Source: Gemmatimonadales bacterium (GTDB lineage Bacteria > Gemmatimonadota > Gemmatimonadetes > Gemmatimonadales > GWC2-71-9). Taken from it: a stretch of 64,000 nt of DNA. The notes below the pieces were generated by a model. It made no database searches, was not told where the DNA came from, and worked only from the letters and a program-made list of their open reading frames with translations. Location of the stretch: contig JBFJHJ010000008.1 in assembly GCA_041613315.1 (NCBI GenBank), positions 20,544 through 84,543 on the forward strand, given 5' to 3'. The translations under genes and the position numbers were made by a program. Below are positions 19,366 to 29,459 of this stretch, one piece after another (positions within the stretch are counted from its first letter, which is position 1; each line of letters opens with the position of its first letter).

Positions 19366-20264
19366 CCGAGCCGCGACCGTCGCGCCGTCGCCCGCCGCAG
19401 CACGTAGCCGAACGGCGTATCGGTCAACACGTGCTGGTAGTCGATGCCGCCACCACGGCAGGCGGCCCGCCAGGCGACGATCGTCGCCCGCACGGTTTCC
19501 TCGTAGGCCGCCCGGAGCTCGCGCGGGCGCGCGACGACGCTCGCGCCGGTCTCGGGATCCTCGAATCGTGCTTCGGGCGGCCCCCCCAAGACCAGCTCGG
19601 ACGGATCCATGATGTGGAACACCATGACTTGATGACCGCGGTGCCGGAGATACTGGAGCATGAGGAGGGCGAGGTCGCGGTCGAGCAGCAGGTCCGAGAC
19701 GAAGATCACGAGGCCCCGCCGCCGCAACAGCCCCGTGACGCGCCGCAACGCGGGCTCGGCGGCGGTGCCGCTCCCGGCGTCGAGCGCCGCCACCGCGGCG
19801 GCCAGCGTCCACCAATGCTGCGAACGCGCGCGAGCCCTGACCACGGTCCGCACCCGATCGTCGAAGCCGATCAGGCCCGTGGCGTCGCGCTGTCGAAGGA
19901 GGATGAGCGACAGCGCCGCGACCAGCCGCTTGGCATACTCCAGCTTCGTCAACCGGCGCTCGTCGCCCCGCCAGTCCATCGAGCGGCTCACGTCGAGGAC
20001 GATCATCGAGCGGAGGTTCGTCTCCTCCTCGTACTGCTTCACGAACAGCCGATCGGCCCGAGCGAGAATCGTCCAGTCCAGGTAGCGCAGCTCGTCACCC
20101 GGCTGGTACGGGCGATGCTCCGCGAACTCCACGGAGAACCCGCGGAACGGCGAGCGGTGCAGCCCCGCCAGGTATCCCTCCACGACGCCGCGGGCGACCA
20201 TCTCGATCCCGCCCAGCTGGGCGACGTCGTACGGATCGAGAAGGTCAATGCGGCGCTGCGTCAT
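19362..20264 (-). CDS. DUF58 domain protein
   Basis: GLHRSPFRGFSVEFAEHRPYQPGDELRYLDW...VKQYEEETN, DVSRSM. Confidence 0.93.
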   Translation of the reverse strand: MTQRRIDLLDPYDVAQLGGIEMVARGVVEGYLAGLHRSPFRGFSVEFAEHRPYQPGDELRYLDWTILARADRLFVKQYEEETNLRSMIVLDVSRSMDWRGDERRLTKLEYAKRLVAALSLILLRQRDATGLIGFDDRVRTVVRARARSQHWWTLAAAVAALDAGSGTAAEPALRRVTGLLRRRGLVIFVSDLLLDRDLALLMLQYLRHRGHQVMVFHIMDPSELVLGGPPEARFEDPETGASVVARPRELRAAYEETVRATIVAWRAACRGGGIDYQHVLTDTPFGYVLRRATARRSRLG

Positions 20265-20423
20265 CGGCTGAGGCACTCGGCATGTTGGGCGTCGGACCAT
20301 CGGGGCACCGCGGCGGCACCCGGTGCTCTGCATCGTACCCAGGCGACAGGGGGCCGGTCAAACGGGCGACGCTGTCCCCAAAACAGGACGAAACCGGCAC
20401 CGCGCTGGCGCACCTATCGTAGC

Positions 20424-20450
20424 GTAAATAGCTAAGCGACAAATGGTTAC
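20424..20450. promoter_or_regulatory. AT-rich imperfect dyad (TAA-N19-TTA) in a divergent promoter region
   Basis: gtaaatagctaagcgacaaatggttac. Confidence 0.4.
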
Positions 20451-20465
20451 AGCCACCCGTAGGCG

Positions 20466-20481
20466 TGGCACGCCCCCTGCT
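20466..20481 (+). promoter_or_regulatory. Putative sigma-54 (-24/-12) promoter
   Basis: TGGCACGCCCCCTGCT vs consensus TGGCACG-N4-TTGCW, 57 bp before the ATG at 20539. Confidence 0.6.
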
Positions 20482-20538
20482 CTTCTTCGCCGTGGCCTCG
20501 GCACCCGTCCGGGGCCGATCGGAGGCGAGGAGGCGACG

Positions 20539-21903
20539 ATGATTGCGACAATCCTAGCAGCGCTTGTGCTCACCCCGGTGGTCGCCGAGGGCAGCGCCGC
20601 ACCGGCGGCGGTTCTGCGGCGTGCCCTGGCGGAGCACAATGTGTCCATCGTCGTGTGGACCGATCAGTCGGACATCTACCGCCGCGGCGAGCGGGTGAGG
20701 GTCTACTTCAAGGCGGAGACGGATGCCTACGTCACGATCCTCCGCGTGGACACCGACGGTCGCGTGCGGGTGCTGTTCCCCGGGCGTCCCTGGGACGACA
20801 ATTACGTCCGGGGCGGCCGCCGCTACGAGGTGCGGAGTCCCTACGGCGACCGCGGCCGGTACGCCTTCACGGCAGACGACTACCCCGGGCAAGGGTACCT
20901 GTTCGCGGTCGCGAGCATCGAGCCGTTCGCGTACCACGCGTTCGTCTCGAACGGCCGGTGGGACTACTACCAGGTCGGACACCGCGGTCGGATCACCGGC
21001 GATCCGTACGTGGCGCTGACCGATCTGATCGACCGGCTCGTGCCGCTGGGCTACGACGACTACGGCTATGACATCTACCCGTACGACGTGGAACACCGCT
21101 ACGAGTATCCCCGGTTCCTGTGCTACGACTGTCACGGGTACCGCGCCTACCCGGCGTGGGATCCCTACCGGCACTGGTGCGCAACGTTCCGGATCGTGAT
21201 CTACGACGATCCCTATCCCATCTATCCGTACACCGGCCGGGTGTACGGTCCGACGCGGGTCGTCTATCGGCGCCCCGTGCGACTCGAGCCACGGTTTGTG
21301 TTCGAGCCGCGCACGACCGGGACCCCGTATGTCACGCGGGCGCACCGGCCGGCCGATGGACGGACGGGCGGTCAGGGTGAGACTCGGGGCAGCGGCCGCG
21401 TGCGGACTCCGGCCGCAGAGCACCCCACACCCGTGCGGGAGCGCGAGCCGGCGGGCCGCGTGCCGGCGCCTCGCGTGCAACCGCCCTCCAGCCGTTCGGG
21501 GGCGGAGCCCGCGGCACCGGAGCCTCGCCGGCGTGCGCCGGCGGAGACCACGCCGCGGCGCGAGACGTCAGACGACGAGAGCTGGTCGCGGCCGCAGCTC
21601 GAGCGGCGTCAGCCCCGTGAGATCGACCGCGTGCCGGTACGCGACCCGAGCGTGCAGCCGGTCGAGCCGGCCCGGCGCGACGAGCGGCCGGAGGCGCGGC
21701 GACCCACACCGGACCGTGAGCCGGCGGCACGGGCCGATTCGACACGGTCCGCCGGGCCGGCCAACCCCGTGAGGGCGGTCCCCGGCCGCCGTCCGGCCCC
21801 GCAGGCGGGTAAGACGCCGGACCGACGGCCGGCGCCGGAGAAGAAGCCGGAGAAGGACGACAAGAAGAAGGAAAAAGAAAAGGAAAAGGACAAGAAGCCC
21901 TAG
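20539..21903 (+). CDS. Secreted DUF4384-domain protein with CYDCH motif and Pro/Arg-rich disordered tail
   Basis: AGGAGG SD; signal peptide; YRRGERVRVYF..DAYVTILRVDTDGRVRVLFP (DUF4384-like). Confidence 0.8.
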   Translation: MIATILAALVLTPVVAEGSAAPAAVLRRALAEHNVSIVVWTDQSDIYRRGERVRVYFKAETDAYVTILRVDTDGRVRVLFPGRPWDDNYVRGGRRYEVRSPYGDRGRYAFTADDYPGQGYLFAVASIEPFAYHAFVSNGRWDYYQVGHRGRITGDPYVALTDLIDRLVPLGYDDYGYDIYPYDVEHRYEYPRFLCYDCHGYRAYPAWDPYRHWCATFRIVIYDDPYPIYPYTGRVYGPTRVVYRRPVRLEPRFVFEPRTTGTPYVTRAHRPADGRTGGQGETRGSGRVRTPAAEHPTPVREREPAGRVPAPRVQPPSSRSGAEPAAPEPRRRAPAETTPRRETSDDESWSRPQLERRQPREIDRVPVRDPSVQPVEPARRDERPEARRPTPDREPAARADSTRSAGPANPVRAVPGRRPAPQAGKTPDRRPAPEKKPEKDDKKKEKEKEKDKKP

Positions 21904-22123
21904 CTGGGGTGCGGCGCTCCCCCTGCTGACCATGCGACGCCGTTGTTCCCGATGCCGTTCCGCCTCCTGTCTCCCGCGGCGGGTGGCATCACGGAATGAC
22001 GGCGTCGCGGCTGGTGGTCGTCGACCTCCCGCCCCGCACCCGTCCGGCGTTCCCGGGTACTATCTTTCGCGACTGCCACGCTGCTGGTGTTCGATTCGTT
22101 CCGTCGGCTAGAGGAGCTCGTCC

Positions 22124-23632
22124 ATGCGTCTGTCCCCGCTCGTGCTCGCCCTCGTGTTTCCCGCCGCGCTCGCCGCCCAAGATGGCGCCGCCCGCGCCGC
22201 AGCCTCCATCACGCCCGACGATCTGCTGCGGCGCCTCGGCGTGATCGCCGATGACTCGATGGGGGGCCGCGACACTCCGAGTCCCGGCCTCGAGGCAACG
22301 GCACAGTACATCGCTACGGAGTTCCGGCGGGTCGGCTTGAAGCCCGGGGGGGACGCCGGCGCGTACCTCCAGCGCTTTCCGCTCTATCGCATCAAGCTGG
22401 ATGTCGCGAGTTCGGGGGTCGCGGTGACCGGCGGCCCCACTTGGACGTTCGGTACGGACGCGGCGCGCTTCACCGGAAGCGGGAGCCGGGCCGGGCGGGC
22501 GGTGGTCGTCTGGGGCGCTCCGGCGACCGCCGACGAGATGGCGTCACTCCCCCTCAGGGGCGCGGTCGTGCTCATCGTCGCGCCGATGACGCCGCAGGGC
22601 AGGTTCCAGCCCGCCCTCCAGACCTTGTTCGAGGGGGCCGCCGCTCAGGAACCTCAGGCGATCGTGCTCATCACCCAGCGGAGCGCCGCGGGCTGGAACG
22701 TGCGGGCGAGCCGCGAGGAGCGGCCCCGGCTCGCCCGCGGCTGGGAGTCCGACGACGGCACACCGATCATCGAGGTGCGCGGCGACGCCGCGGCTCCCGT
22801 GCTCGCGCGGCACGGTGTGGACCTGTCCGAGCTCCGCGCCCGCGCCGACGCCCCGGTCGGGGCGCGCGCGTTGCCCGATCTCGAGGTGTCGCTACGCGTC
22901 GCCATGGACACCGTCGAACGTTTCTCGGCGCCGAACACGGTGGGGATCCTGGAGGGGAGTGATCCCGCCCTCAAGAACCAGTACGTGGTCTACAGCGCGC
23001 ACATGGATCACGTGGGCATCGGCCGGCCGGAGAACGGGGACAGCATCTACAATGGTGCCGACGACGACGCGTCGGGGACGGTGGCGGTGGCAGAACTGGC
23101 CGAAGCGTTCGCGATGCTGCGTCCGCGCCCCAAGCGGTCCATCATTTTTCTCACGGTGAGCGGCGAGGAGAAGGGGCTCTGGGGCAGCGACTATTTCACG
23201 AGCCGCCCGCCGGTGCCGATCGAACAACTCGTGGCGAACCTCAACATCGACATGATCGGCCGCAACTGGACCGACACCGTCGTGGCGATCGGCAAGGAGC
23301 ACTCGGACCTGGGAGCGACGCTCAACCGGGTGGCGGCGGCGCACCCCGAGCTGCGCATGACGCCGATCGACGACATCTGGCCGGGTGAGCGGTTCTACTT
23401 CCGCTCGGACCACTATAACTTCGCGCGCCGCGGGGTGCCGATCCTCTTCTTCTTCACCGGCACCCACGAGGACTACCACAAGCCCGGCGACGAAGTCGGC
23501 AAGATCGACGTCGAGAAGCAGTCACGGATCGTGAGGTTGCTGTTCTATCTCGGGCTGGAGGTCGCGGACGCGCGCGAGCGGCCGCGATGGGATCCTGCGA
23601 GCTACGCGGAGATCGTGACGGAAGGTCGGTAG
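22124..23632 (+). CDS. M28-family metallopeptidase
   Basis: Signal peptide; SAHMDHVG, NGADDDASG, GEEKGLWGS, NIDMIGR, RSDHYNF, DYHKPGD. Confidence 0.93.
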   Translation: MRLSPLVLALVFPAALAAQDGAARAAASITPDDLLRRLGVIADDSMGGRDTPSPGLEATAQYIATEFRRVGLKPGGDAGAYLQRFPLYRIKLDVASSGVAVTGGPTWTFGTDAARFTGSGSRAGRAVVVWGAPATADEMASLPLRGAVVLIVAPMTPQGRFQPALQTLFEGAAAQEPQAIVLITQRSAAGWNVRASREERPRLARGWESDDGTPIIEVRGDAAAPVLARHGVDLSELRARADAPVGARALPDLEVSLRVAMDTVERFSAPNTVGILEGSDPALKNQYVVYSAHMDHVGIGRPENGDSIYNGADDDASGTVAVAELAEAFAMLRPRPKRSIIFLTVSGEEKGLWGSDYFTSRPPVPIEQLVANLNIDMIGRNWTDTVVAIGKEHSDLGATLNRVAAAHPELRMTPIDDIWPGERFYFRSDHYNFARRGVPILFFFTGTHEDYHKPGDEVGKIDVEKQSRIVRLLFYLGLEVADARERPRWDPASYAEIVTEGR

Positions 23633-23633
23633 G

Positions 23634-23691
23634 GGCGTCGGAGTTCCGGGGTCCGGGGTCCGGCGTTCCCAGACCCCGGACCCGCACGCCA
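23634..23691. repeat. Inverted heptamer repeat (ggggtcc) hairpin between convergent genes; probable terminator
   Basis: ggcgtcg gagttcc ggggtcc ggggtcc ggcgttc ... agacccc ggacccg cacgcca. Confidence 0.65.
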
Positions 23692-23692
23692 C

Positions 23693-24367
23693 CTACCCCG
23701 TCGCCTCGTACGGATCTTCCTTGCGCAACCCGCCGGCCCGCGCGATCCGAAACGCGGTAAAGACGGCCAGCGCAAAGAACACGATGTCGAGCAGGCCGAA
23801 GGTTCCGACGAACCCGGCTCTCGACATCGCGTTGCGCAGCTCGGCGGCAGACGCCTGGATCTGCGCCTCGAGCCCGGCCCGAAACGCCAACTGGTCTTCC
23901 GCGCGCATCCGGTTCCAGCGCGCCAGCGCCTCCGCCCAGATGGCCGGCGGATAATCCGCCTCCTCGGCCGGCTGGAGCGAATCCGCGCCCGCAGGCCACA
24001 CTACGGCCCGGCCAGCGTCCCCATACTCGGCGACGACCTCGTCGGCGACATACGAGACGAGGAGCTCGGTGTCGTCGAGGCTCGCGACGGCATTCGACAC
24101 CAATTCCGTCTCGTTGGGCAGCATCAGCTGCACGGTCGCGTATTTCCCGACCACGACCGAGCCCGCCGCGAGCGCTGCCGCGAGGACGCCCGCCGGCAGG
24201 GACCCCTCCCCCTCATTGCCGACTGCGACACCCACACCCACCGCCAGCCCGACACCCCACGCGATCCAGCCGATTTCCATGTTGGCGAGATACGCGATCG
24301 CGGCCCACAGGGCGGCACCGGCCGCACCGGCGAGCGCGCCATACAGCATGGCATGCATGCGATACAT
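23693..24367 (-). CDS. Hypothetical membrane protein
   Basis: ATG 24367 with AAGGGGG SD; three Gly/Ala-rich N-terminal TM helices and one C-terminal TM helix. Confidence 0.75.
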   Translation of the reverse strand: MYRMHAMLYGALAGAAGAALWAAIAYLANMEIGWIAWGVGLAVGVGVAVGNEGEGSLPAGVLAAALAAGSVVVGKYATVQLMLPNETELVSNAVASLDDTELLVSYVADEVVAEYGDAGRAVVWPAGADSLQPAEEADYPPAIWAEALARWNRMRAEDQLAFRAGLEAQIQASAAELRNAMSRAGFVGTFGLLDIVFFALAVFTAFRIARAGGLRKEDPYEATG

Positions 24368-24481
24368 CGTCGCCCCCTTACGGTTCAGCGCCGTCGCCCG
24401 CTCGTGGGCGGCCCGACGGCACCGGCAGTGGGGCGCAAGGTAGGGCGACCGATGACCGGCGACCGTGCAGTGGATCACACA

Positions 24482-24513
24482 GGCGGTCGGACGGTAGGGC
24501 GGTCAGGCGGTCT
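24482..24513 (+). repeat. Four-unit octamer repeat
   Basis: ggcggtcg gacggtag ggcggtca ggcggtct. Confidence 0.85.
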
Positions 24514-24633
24514 TGCGCTCCGCAGCTGCCCATCCCGCCTGCGGCACACACGGTGGAACTCACGGTCGTTCGGCCTCGCCGGCTGGCCGTCCGACGCTCC
24601 TATCGCCTAACCCTGCTACCACCTTGCTCTACC

Positions 24634-24665
24634 TGCCCGTCTGCCCGCCCGTCCGTCTGTCCGCC
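24634..24665 (-). repeat. Four-unit octamer repeat, inverted relative to 24482-24513
   Basis: tgcccgtc tgcccgcc cgtccgtc tgtccgcc. Confidence 0.85.
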
Positions 24666-24711
24666 GGTCCGGCCCGAGAAGGGAAGGGTGGCCGGGTTAT
24701 ATTGATTGCCC

Positions 24712-26508
24712 ATGCGCCAGGACCGCATTCGCAATTTCTGCATTGTCGCGCACATCGATCATGGGAAGTCCACGCTCGCGGACCGCCTGATCGAGGCCAC
24801 GGGCACGCTCGAGAAACGCCAGATGCGCGACCAGGTCCTGGACACCATGGACCTCGAACGGGAGCGCGGCATCACCATCAAGCTCAACGCGGTACGCATG
24901 CACCATCGGGCGGCGGACGGCGAGCTCTACGAGTTGAACTTGATCGACACGCCCGGGCACGTGGACTTCACTTACGAGGTGTCCCGCTCGCTCAACGCCT
25001 GCGAGGGTGCGATCCTGGTGGTGGATGCCAGCCAGGGCATCGAGGCGCAGACGCTGAGCAACCTCTTCCTGGCGATGGACGCGAACCTCGAGATCCTCCC
25101 GGTGCTCAACAAGATCGATCTGCCGGCGGCCGAGCCGGAGCGCCGGGCGGCCGAGTTGGCCGAGTTGATCGGGGCGGGCGACGGCGAGATTCTCCACGTG
25201 TCGGCGAAGGAAGGGACGGGGATCCCGGCGCTCCTCGAGGCGATCGTGCAGCGCGTCCCGCCCCCGGCGGGCGACCCCGAGGCGCCGCTCCGGGCGCTGA
25301 TCTTCGATTCCTACTACGACCGTTATCGCGGCGCGATCCCCTCGATCCGCGTGGTGGACGGCCGGATCCGCAAGGGCACGGCGATCGCGTTCGGCACGCA
25401 CGCCGACGACCGCTACGAGGTGGCCGAGGTCGGGTACCTCCAGCTGGGCCAGCGACCGACCGGCGAGCTCGAGGCCGGCGAGGTCGGCTACGTCGTGGCG
25501 AACGTCCGCGGCGTGCAAGACACGCGCGTCGGCGATACCGTGCTCGACGCCGACCGCCCGGCCACCACGATGCTCCCGGGCTACCGCGAAGTGCACGCGA
25601 TGGTCTTCGCGGGGCTCTACCCGACCGACGCGGGTCAGTACGAGGAGCTGCGGGACGCCCTCGCGAAGCTGCAACTCAACGACGCCGCGTTGTTGTACGA
25701 GCCGGAGACGTCCGTGGCCCTGGGATTCGGCTTTCGGTGCGGCTTCCTCGGGCTGCTCCACCTGGACATCGTCCGCGAGCGCCTGGAGCGGGAGTTCAGC
25801 CTGGACCTCATCACGACCGTGCCCAACGTGGAGTACCACGTGTACCGCACGGACGGCACCATGGAGCTGATCGAGAACCCCACGCGCATGCCCACCGGCT
25901 CCGGGATCGACCGCGTGGAGGAGCCCTACGTCCGGGCGCGCGTCACGGCGCCAGCCGACTACATCGGGGTGATCATGAACCTGGGGCAGGAGCGGCGGGG
26001 GGAGTACCTGGGGATGCACTACCTGGACCCGTCGCGGGTCCAGTTCGAGTGGGAGTTCCCGCTGGCGGAGATCGTGCTCGACTTCTACGATCGCCTGAAG
26101 ACCGTGACCCGCGGCTACGCGGCGCTGGACTACGAGTTCGCCCGCTACCGGCCGAACAACCTCGTCAAGCTGGACATGCTGATCAACGGCGATTCGGTGG
26201 ACGCCTTCAGCGTGATCATTCACCGCGACAAGTCTTACGAGTGGGGCAAGAAGGTCGCGGAGAAGCTCCGCGAGCTGATCCCCCGCCAACTCTTCGAGGT
26301 GGTGATCCAGGCCGCCGTCGGCTCCAAGATCATCGCCCGGGAGACGATCCGGCCGCTGCGAAAGAACGTCACCGCCAAGTGCTACGGCGGCGACGTGACC
26401 CGGAAGCGCAAGCTCCTGGAAAAGCAGAAAGAAGGAAAGAAACGCATGAAGCAGGTGGGGTCCGTGGAGATCCCGCAGGAAGCGTTTCTGGCCGTGTTGC
26501 AGGTGTGA
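24712..26508 (+). CDS. lepA: Elongation factor 4 (LepA)
   Basis: [56 protein letters not shown]. Confidence 0.98.
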   Translation: MRQDRIRNFCIVAHIDHGKSTLADRLIEATGTLEKRQMRDQVLDTMDLERERGITIKLNAVRMHHRAADGELYELNLIDTPGHVDFTYEVSRSLNACEGAILVVDASQGIEAQTLSNLFLAMDANLEILPVLNKIDLPAAEPERRAAELAELIGAGDGEILHVSAKEGTGIPALLEAIVQRVPPPAGDPEAPLRALIFDSYYDRYRGAIPSIRVVDGRIRKGTAIAFGTHADDRYEVAEVGYLQLGQRPTGELEAGEVGYVVANVRGVQDTRVGDTVLDADRPATTMLPGYREVHAMVFAGLYPTDAGQYEELRDALAKLQLNDAALLYEPETSVALGFGFRCGFLGLLHLDIVRERLEREFSLDLITTVPNVEYHVYRTDGTMELIENPTRMPTGSGIDRVEEPYVRARVTAPADYIGVIMNLGQERRGEYLGMHYLDPSRVQFEWEFPLAEIVLDFYDRLKTVTRGYAALDYEFARYRPNNLVKLDMLINGDSVDAFSVIIHRDKSYEWGKKVAEKLRELIPRQLFEVVIQAAVGSKIIARETIRPLRKNVTAKCYGGDVTRKRKLLEKQKEGKKRMKQVGSVEIPQEAFLAVLQV

Positions 26509-26585
26509 CACACTCGGCGCAGTCCGCCACGCGCGGGGCGCACCCCGGACGGCTGAGGACACCCGACGCCCCACGGCGTTGGGTC

Positions 26586-26613
26586 GGGCAACGGGCATCG
26601 GACAACTGAGATC
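26586..26613 (+). repeat. Four-unit heptamer repeat
   Basis: gggcaac gggcatc ggacaac tgagatc; partial inverted arm gacaccc gacgccc at 26558-26571. Confidence 0.55.
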
Positions 26614-26640
26614 ATGAACCCGCAAAGCGGCTCGACGAAC

Positions 26641-27621
26641 ATGAAGCTCATCGTGGGCGTCGACGTCGGCGGCACCAACGTCGTGGTGGGGACCGTGCCG
26701 GTCGACGGTAGCGCGGTCTACGGACTGCTGAGCGAGCCGACGCGCGCGACGGACGGCGCGGACGGCGTCGTCCGGCAGATCGGCGGCCTCGTCGCCCGAT
26801 CCTTGGACGCGACGCGGGAGGAAGCGACCGGAAAGCCGGACGTGATCGGCGTGGGCATCGGGGCGCCGGGCCCAATCGACACCTCGAGCGGCGTCGTGCA
26901 CCTCACCCCCAACCTGGGCTGGCGCGATTTCCCCCTGCGCGATCGGGTGAGCGCAGCCGTCGGGCTCCCCGCGTCCCTCGACAATGACGCGAACTGCGCC
27001 GTCCTCGGCGAGTGGTGGCGCGGCGCGGCGCAGGGGGGCTCCGTCGTCATCGGCTTCACGATCGGCACCGGCATCGGCGGCGGCATCGTCCTGGACGGGA
27101 AGATCTTCCACGGCGCGACCGACGTCGCCGGCGAGTTCGGCCACATGACGATTGACTCCACCGGCCGGCGCTGCAAGTGCGGGAACTACGGCTGTCTGGA
27201 GGCGTATGCCTCCGGCCCCGCGATCGCCGCCCGGGCGGTCGAGGGTGTGGAGAGCGGGGTCTCCACCCGGCTGGCCGACTATGTGCAGCAGGATCTCCGG
27301 GCCATCACCGCCCAGGTGGTCTACCAAGCGGCGCGCGACGGCGACGAATACGCCCGCGAGGTCATTCGGGACACCGCGCGCTTCCTGGGTGCCGGCGTCG
27401 CGAACCTGGTGAACATCTTCAATCCGGAGATCGTGGTCGTCATGGGCGGCGTCACGCTGGCCGGCGAGCGGCTGTTCGTCCCCCTCATCGAGGAAGTACG
27501 TCGCCGGGCGTTCCGGCCCGCCGTGGAGGCGTGCCGGATCGTGCCGGGCACGCTCACCGGGAGCGCCGGCGTCTATGGGGCCGTCGCTGCCTTCCAGGCG
27601 CAGCACGGGATGGGACCGTGA
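26641..27621 (+). CDS. ROK-family sugar kinase (glucokinase-like)
   Basis: GVDVGGT, DNDANCA, GTGIGGG, GEFGH, CKCGNYGCLE; alternative ATG at 26614. Confidence 0.93.
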   Translation: MKLIVGVDVGGTNVVVGTVPVDGSAVYGLLSEPTRATDGADGVVRQIGGLVARSLDATREEATGKPDVIGVGIGAPGPIDTSSGVVHLTPNLGWRDFPLRDRVSAAVGLPASLDNDANCAVLGEWWRGAAQGGSVVIGFTIGTGIGGGIVLDGKIFHGATDVAGEFGHMTIDSTGRRCKCGNYGCLEAYASGPAIAARAVEGVESGVSTRLADYVQQDLRAITAQVVYQAARDGDEYAREVIRDTARFLGAGVANLVNIFNPEIVVVMGGVTLAGERLFVPLIEEVRRRAFRPAVEACRIVPGTLTGSAGVYGAVAAFQAQHGMGP

Positions 27622-28568
27622 AACGGCTGGGCGTCGTCGGGACCATGGTGTGGGATACGATCCACCGGGGTGCCGCGGCGCCGACGGACGAATGGGGCGG
27701 GATCGCCTACTCGCTGGCGGCGCTGGAAGCGGGCCTGCCGCCGGAGTGGGCCATCGTGCCCCTCATCAAGGTGGGGCGTGACCTCGGCCCGCAGGCCAAC
27801 GCGTTCCTGCGCGGCCTCACCCGCCGCGCCGGTGCCGCGCGCTTCGTGGAGGTCCCCCAGCCCAACAACCGGGTGACGCTCCACTACTCCGGGCCCGTAC
27901 GCCGCTGCGAGCGGCTGACCGGCGGCGTGCCTCCCTGGTCGTGGACCGAGCTGGGCCCCATGGTCCGGGACCTCGACGCCCTGTACGTGAACTTCATCTC
28001 GGGCTTCGAGTTCGACGTGGAGACCGCCGCGCTGCTGCGCCGCGGCTTCCCCGGTCCGATCTACGCCGACCTGCACAGTCTCTTCCTGGGTGTCGCGCCG
28101 GACGGGATGCGCGTGCCACAGCCGCTCGACCGCGTGGCCGAGTGGTTCGCCTGCTTCGACGCCGTGCAGCTCAATGAAGACGAATTGGCGCTCATCGGCG
28201 GCGACCCGATGGCAGTGGCGGCCCGCGCGGTGGCGCAGGGCGTGCGGCTCATGATCGTCACCGTGGGCGAGCGGGGCGCGGTGTATTTCACGGTCCCCCC
28301 GTTTCGGTTTCTCGCAGGGCGGTCGGACGCCGCCGCCACCGGCGGGACGATCCGGACGGCGCGCATCCCGCCCACGACGGCGGCCGTGCCGGAGGACCCG
28401 ACGGGCTGCGGTGACGTGTTCGGGGGAACGCTGGTCGCGGAGCTCATCCGGGGGCACGACGTGGAAACCGCTATCCGCGCGGCCAACCACGCCGCGGGAC
28501 GCAACGTCACGTACCGCGGCGCCACGAACCTGCAGTACCACTTGCGGGGCGAGATCGTGCCGCGATGA
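27618..28568 (+). CDS. PfkB-family carbohydrate kinase
   Basis: WGGIAY N-terminal motif, QLNEDE, VTVGERG, DPTGCGDVFGG; GTG overlaps the ROK stop. Confidence 0.85.
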   Translation: MKRLGVVGTMVWDTIHRGAAAPTDEWGGIAYSLAALEAGLPPEWAIVPLIKVGRDLGPQANAFLRGLTRRAGAARFVEVPQPNNRVTLHYSGPVRRCERLTGGVPPWSWTELGPMVRDLDALYVNFISGFEFDVETAALLRRGFPGPIYADLHSLFLGVAPDGMRVPQPLDRVAEWFACFDAVQLNEDELALIGGDPMAVAARAVAQGVRLMIVTVGERGAVYFTVPPFRFLAGRSDAAATGGTIRTARIPPTTAAVPEDPTGCGDVFGGTLVAELIRGHDVETAIRAANHAAGRNVTYRGATNLQYHLRGEIVPR

Positions 28569-29455
28569 CGCGCATCGTGGAGGTCCCCGTCAGCTTCGAC
28601 GACCGGTCGTTCGACCAGTTCGCCAAGTCGATGGGCCAACCGGGGAACGGCCGCCTGCTGTTCGACGCGCATGCGAACAAGTGGGCGTCTCCCTACGGGC
28701 TCGTGAACCTGCTGGCCGCCGGGCAGGCGGCGGCCGAGCACGGAGAACGGCCGCTCCTCACGATCCCCGACGACCGGGATGTGGCGCACTACTGGGCGCG
28801 CGCGGGGTTCTTCGAGCTCGCGGGCCAGTGGTTCGAGGTGCATGGGCGCCCTCCGCGCGTCACCCTCACCCACTCGTCGGACGTGCTGCTCGAGATCACG
28901 CCGGTGCGAGGCACCGACGACGTGCACGGGGTGGTGAACCACATCCAGGACCGCGCGAGCGCCATCCTCTCGGGCGAGCTGGGCCTGCGAGCAACGGCCA
29001 CCCTCGGCTTCGCTATGGCGCTTTCGGAGGCGTGCCAAAATATTGTAGAGCATGCCGGTACCTCCGGCTGGGTGGCCGTGCAGTCGTACACCTGGCGACG
29101 GCGGCTGGGACGCCGCGTGGTGGTGATCGCGGTGGCGGATGCCGGCGTCGGTTTTCGACGATCCCTGGAGGGGACGCAGGCCAGCCGCTACGGCGACCGC
29201 TGGAGCGACGCCACCGCCCTCGAAGCGGCGCTGTTCCAGGGCGCGAGCCGCTACCGCGACCCGGGGCGGGGCCAGGGCCTCCAGGGCATCTCCCGGTATG
29301 TGAGCCGGTGGTCCGGCAAGCTCAGCGTGCGAAGCGGGGCGGCCCGCATTGCGGTTGTCCCGGCATGGGACGACGACGTGCCTCTGACCGACGGCCTGCC
29401 CCCGTTCCCGGGCAGCCAGGTGCTCATGATCATCCCGGCCCAGACCGCCGGATAA
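28565..29455 (+). CDS. STAS-like + GHKL (HATPase) ATP-binding protein, anti-sigma/Ser-kinase-like
   Basis: SEACQNIVEHA (N box), DAGVG (G1), GRGQGL (G2); no HisKA domain seen. Confidence 0.8.
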   Translation: MTRIVEVPVSFDDRSFDQFAKSMGQPGNGRLLFDAHANKWASPYGLVNLLAAGQAAAEHGERPLLTIPDDRDVAHYWARAGFFELAGQWFEVHGRPPRVTLTHSSDVLLEITPVRGTDDVHGVVNHIQDRASAILSGELGLRATATLGFAMALSEACQNIVEHAGTSGWVAVQSYTWRRRLGRRVVVIAVADAGVGFRRSLEGTQASRYGDRWSDATALEAALFQGASRYRDPGRGQGLQGISRYVSRWSGKLSVRSGAARIAVVPAWDDDVPLTDGLPPFPGSQVLMIIPAQTAG

Positions 29456-29459
29456 GGCG

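Noticed and set aside
24697..27606. 969-aa minus-strand ORF
   Set aside because: Antisense shadow of lepA/ROK caused by high GC3; no recognisable motifs
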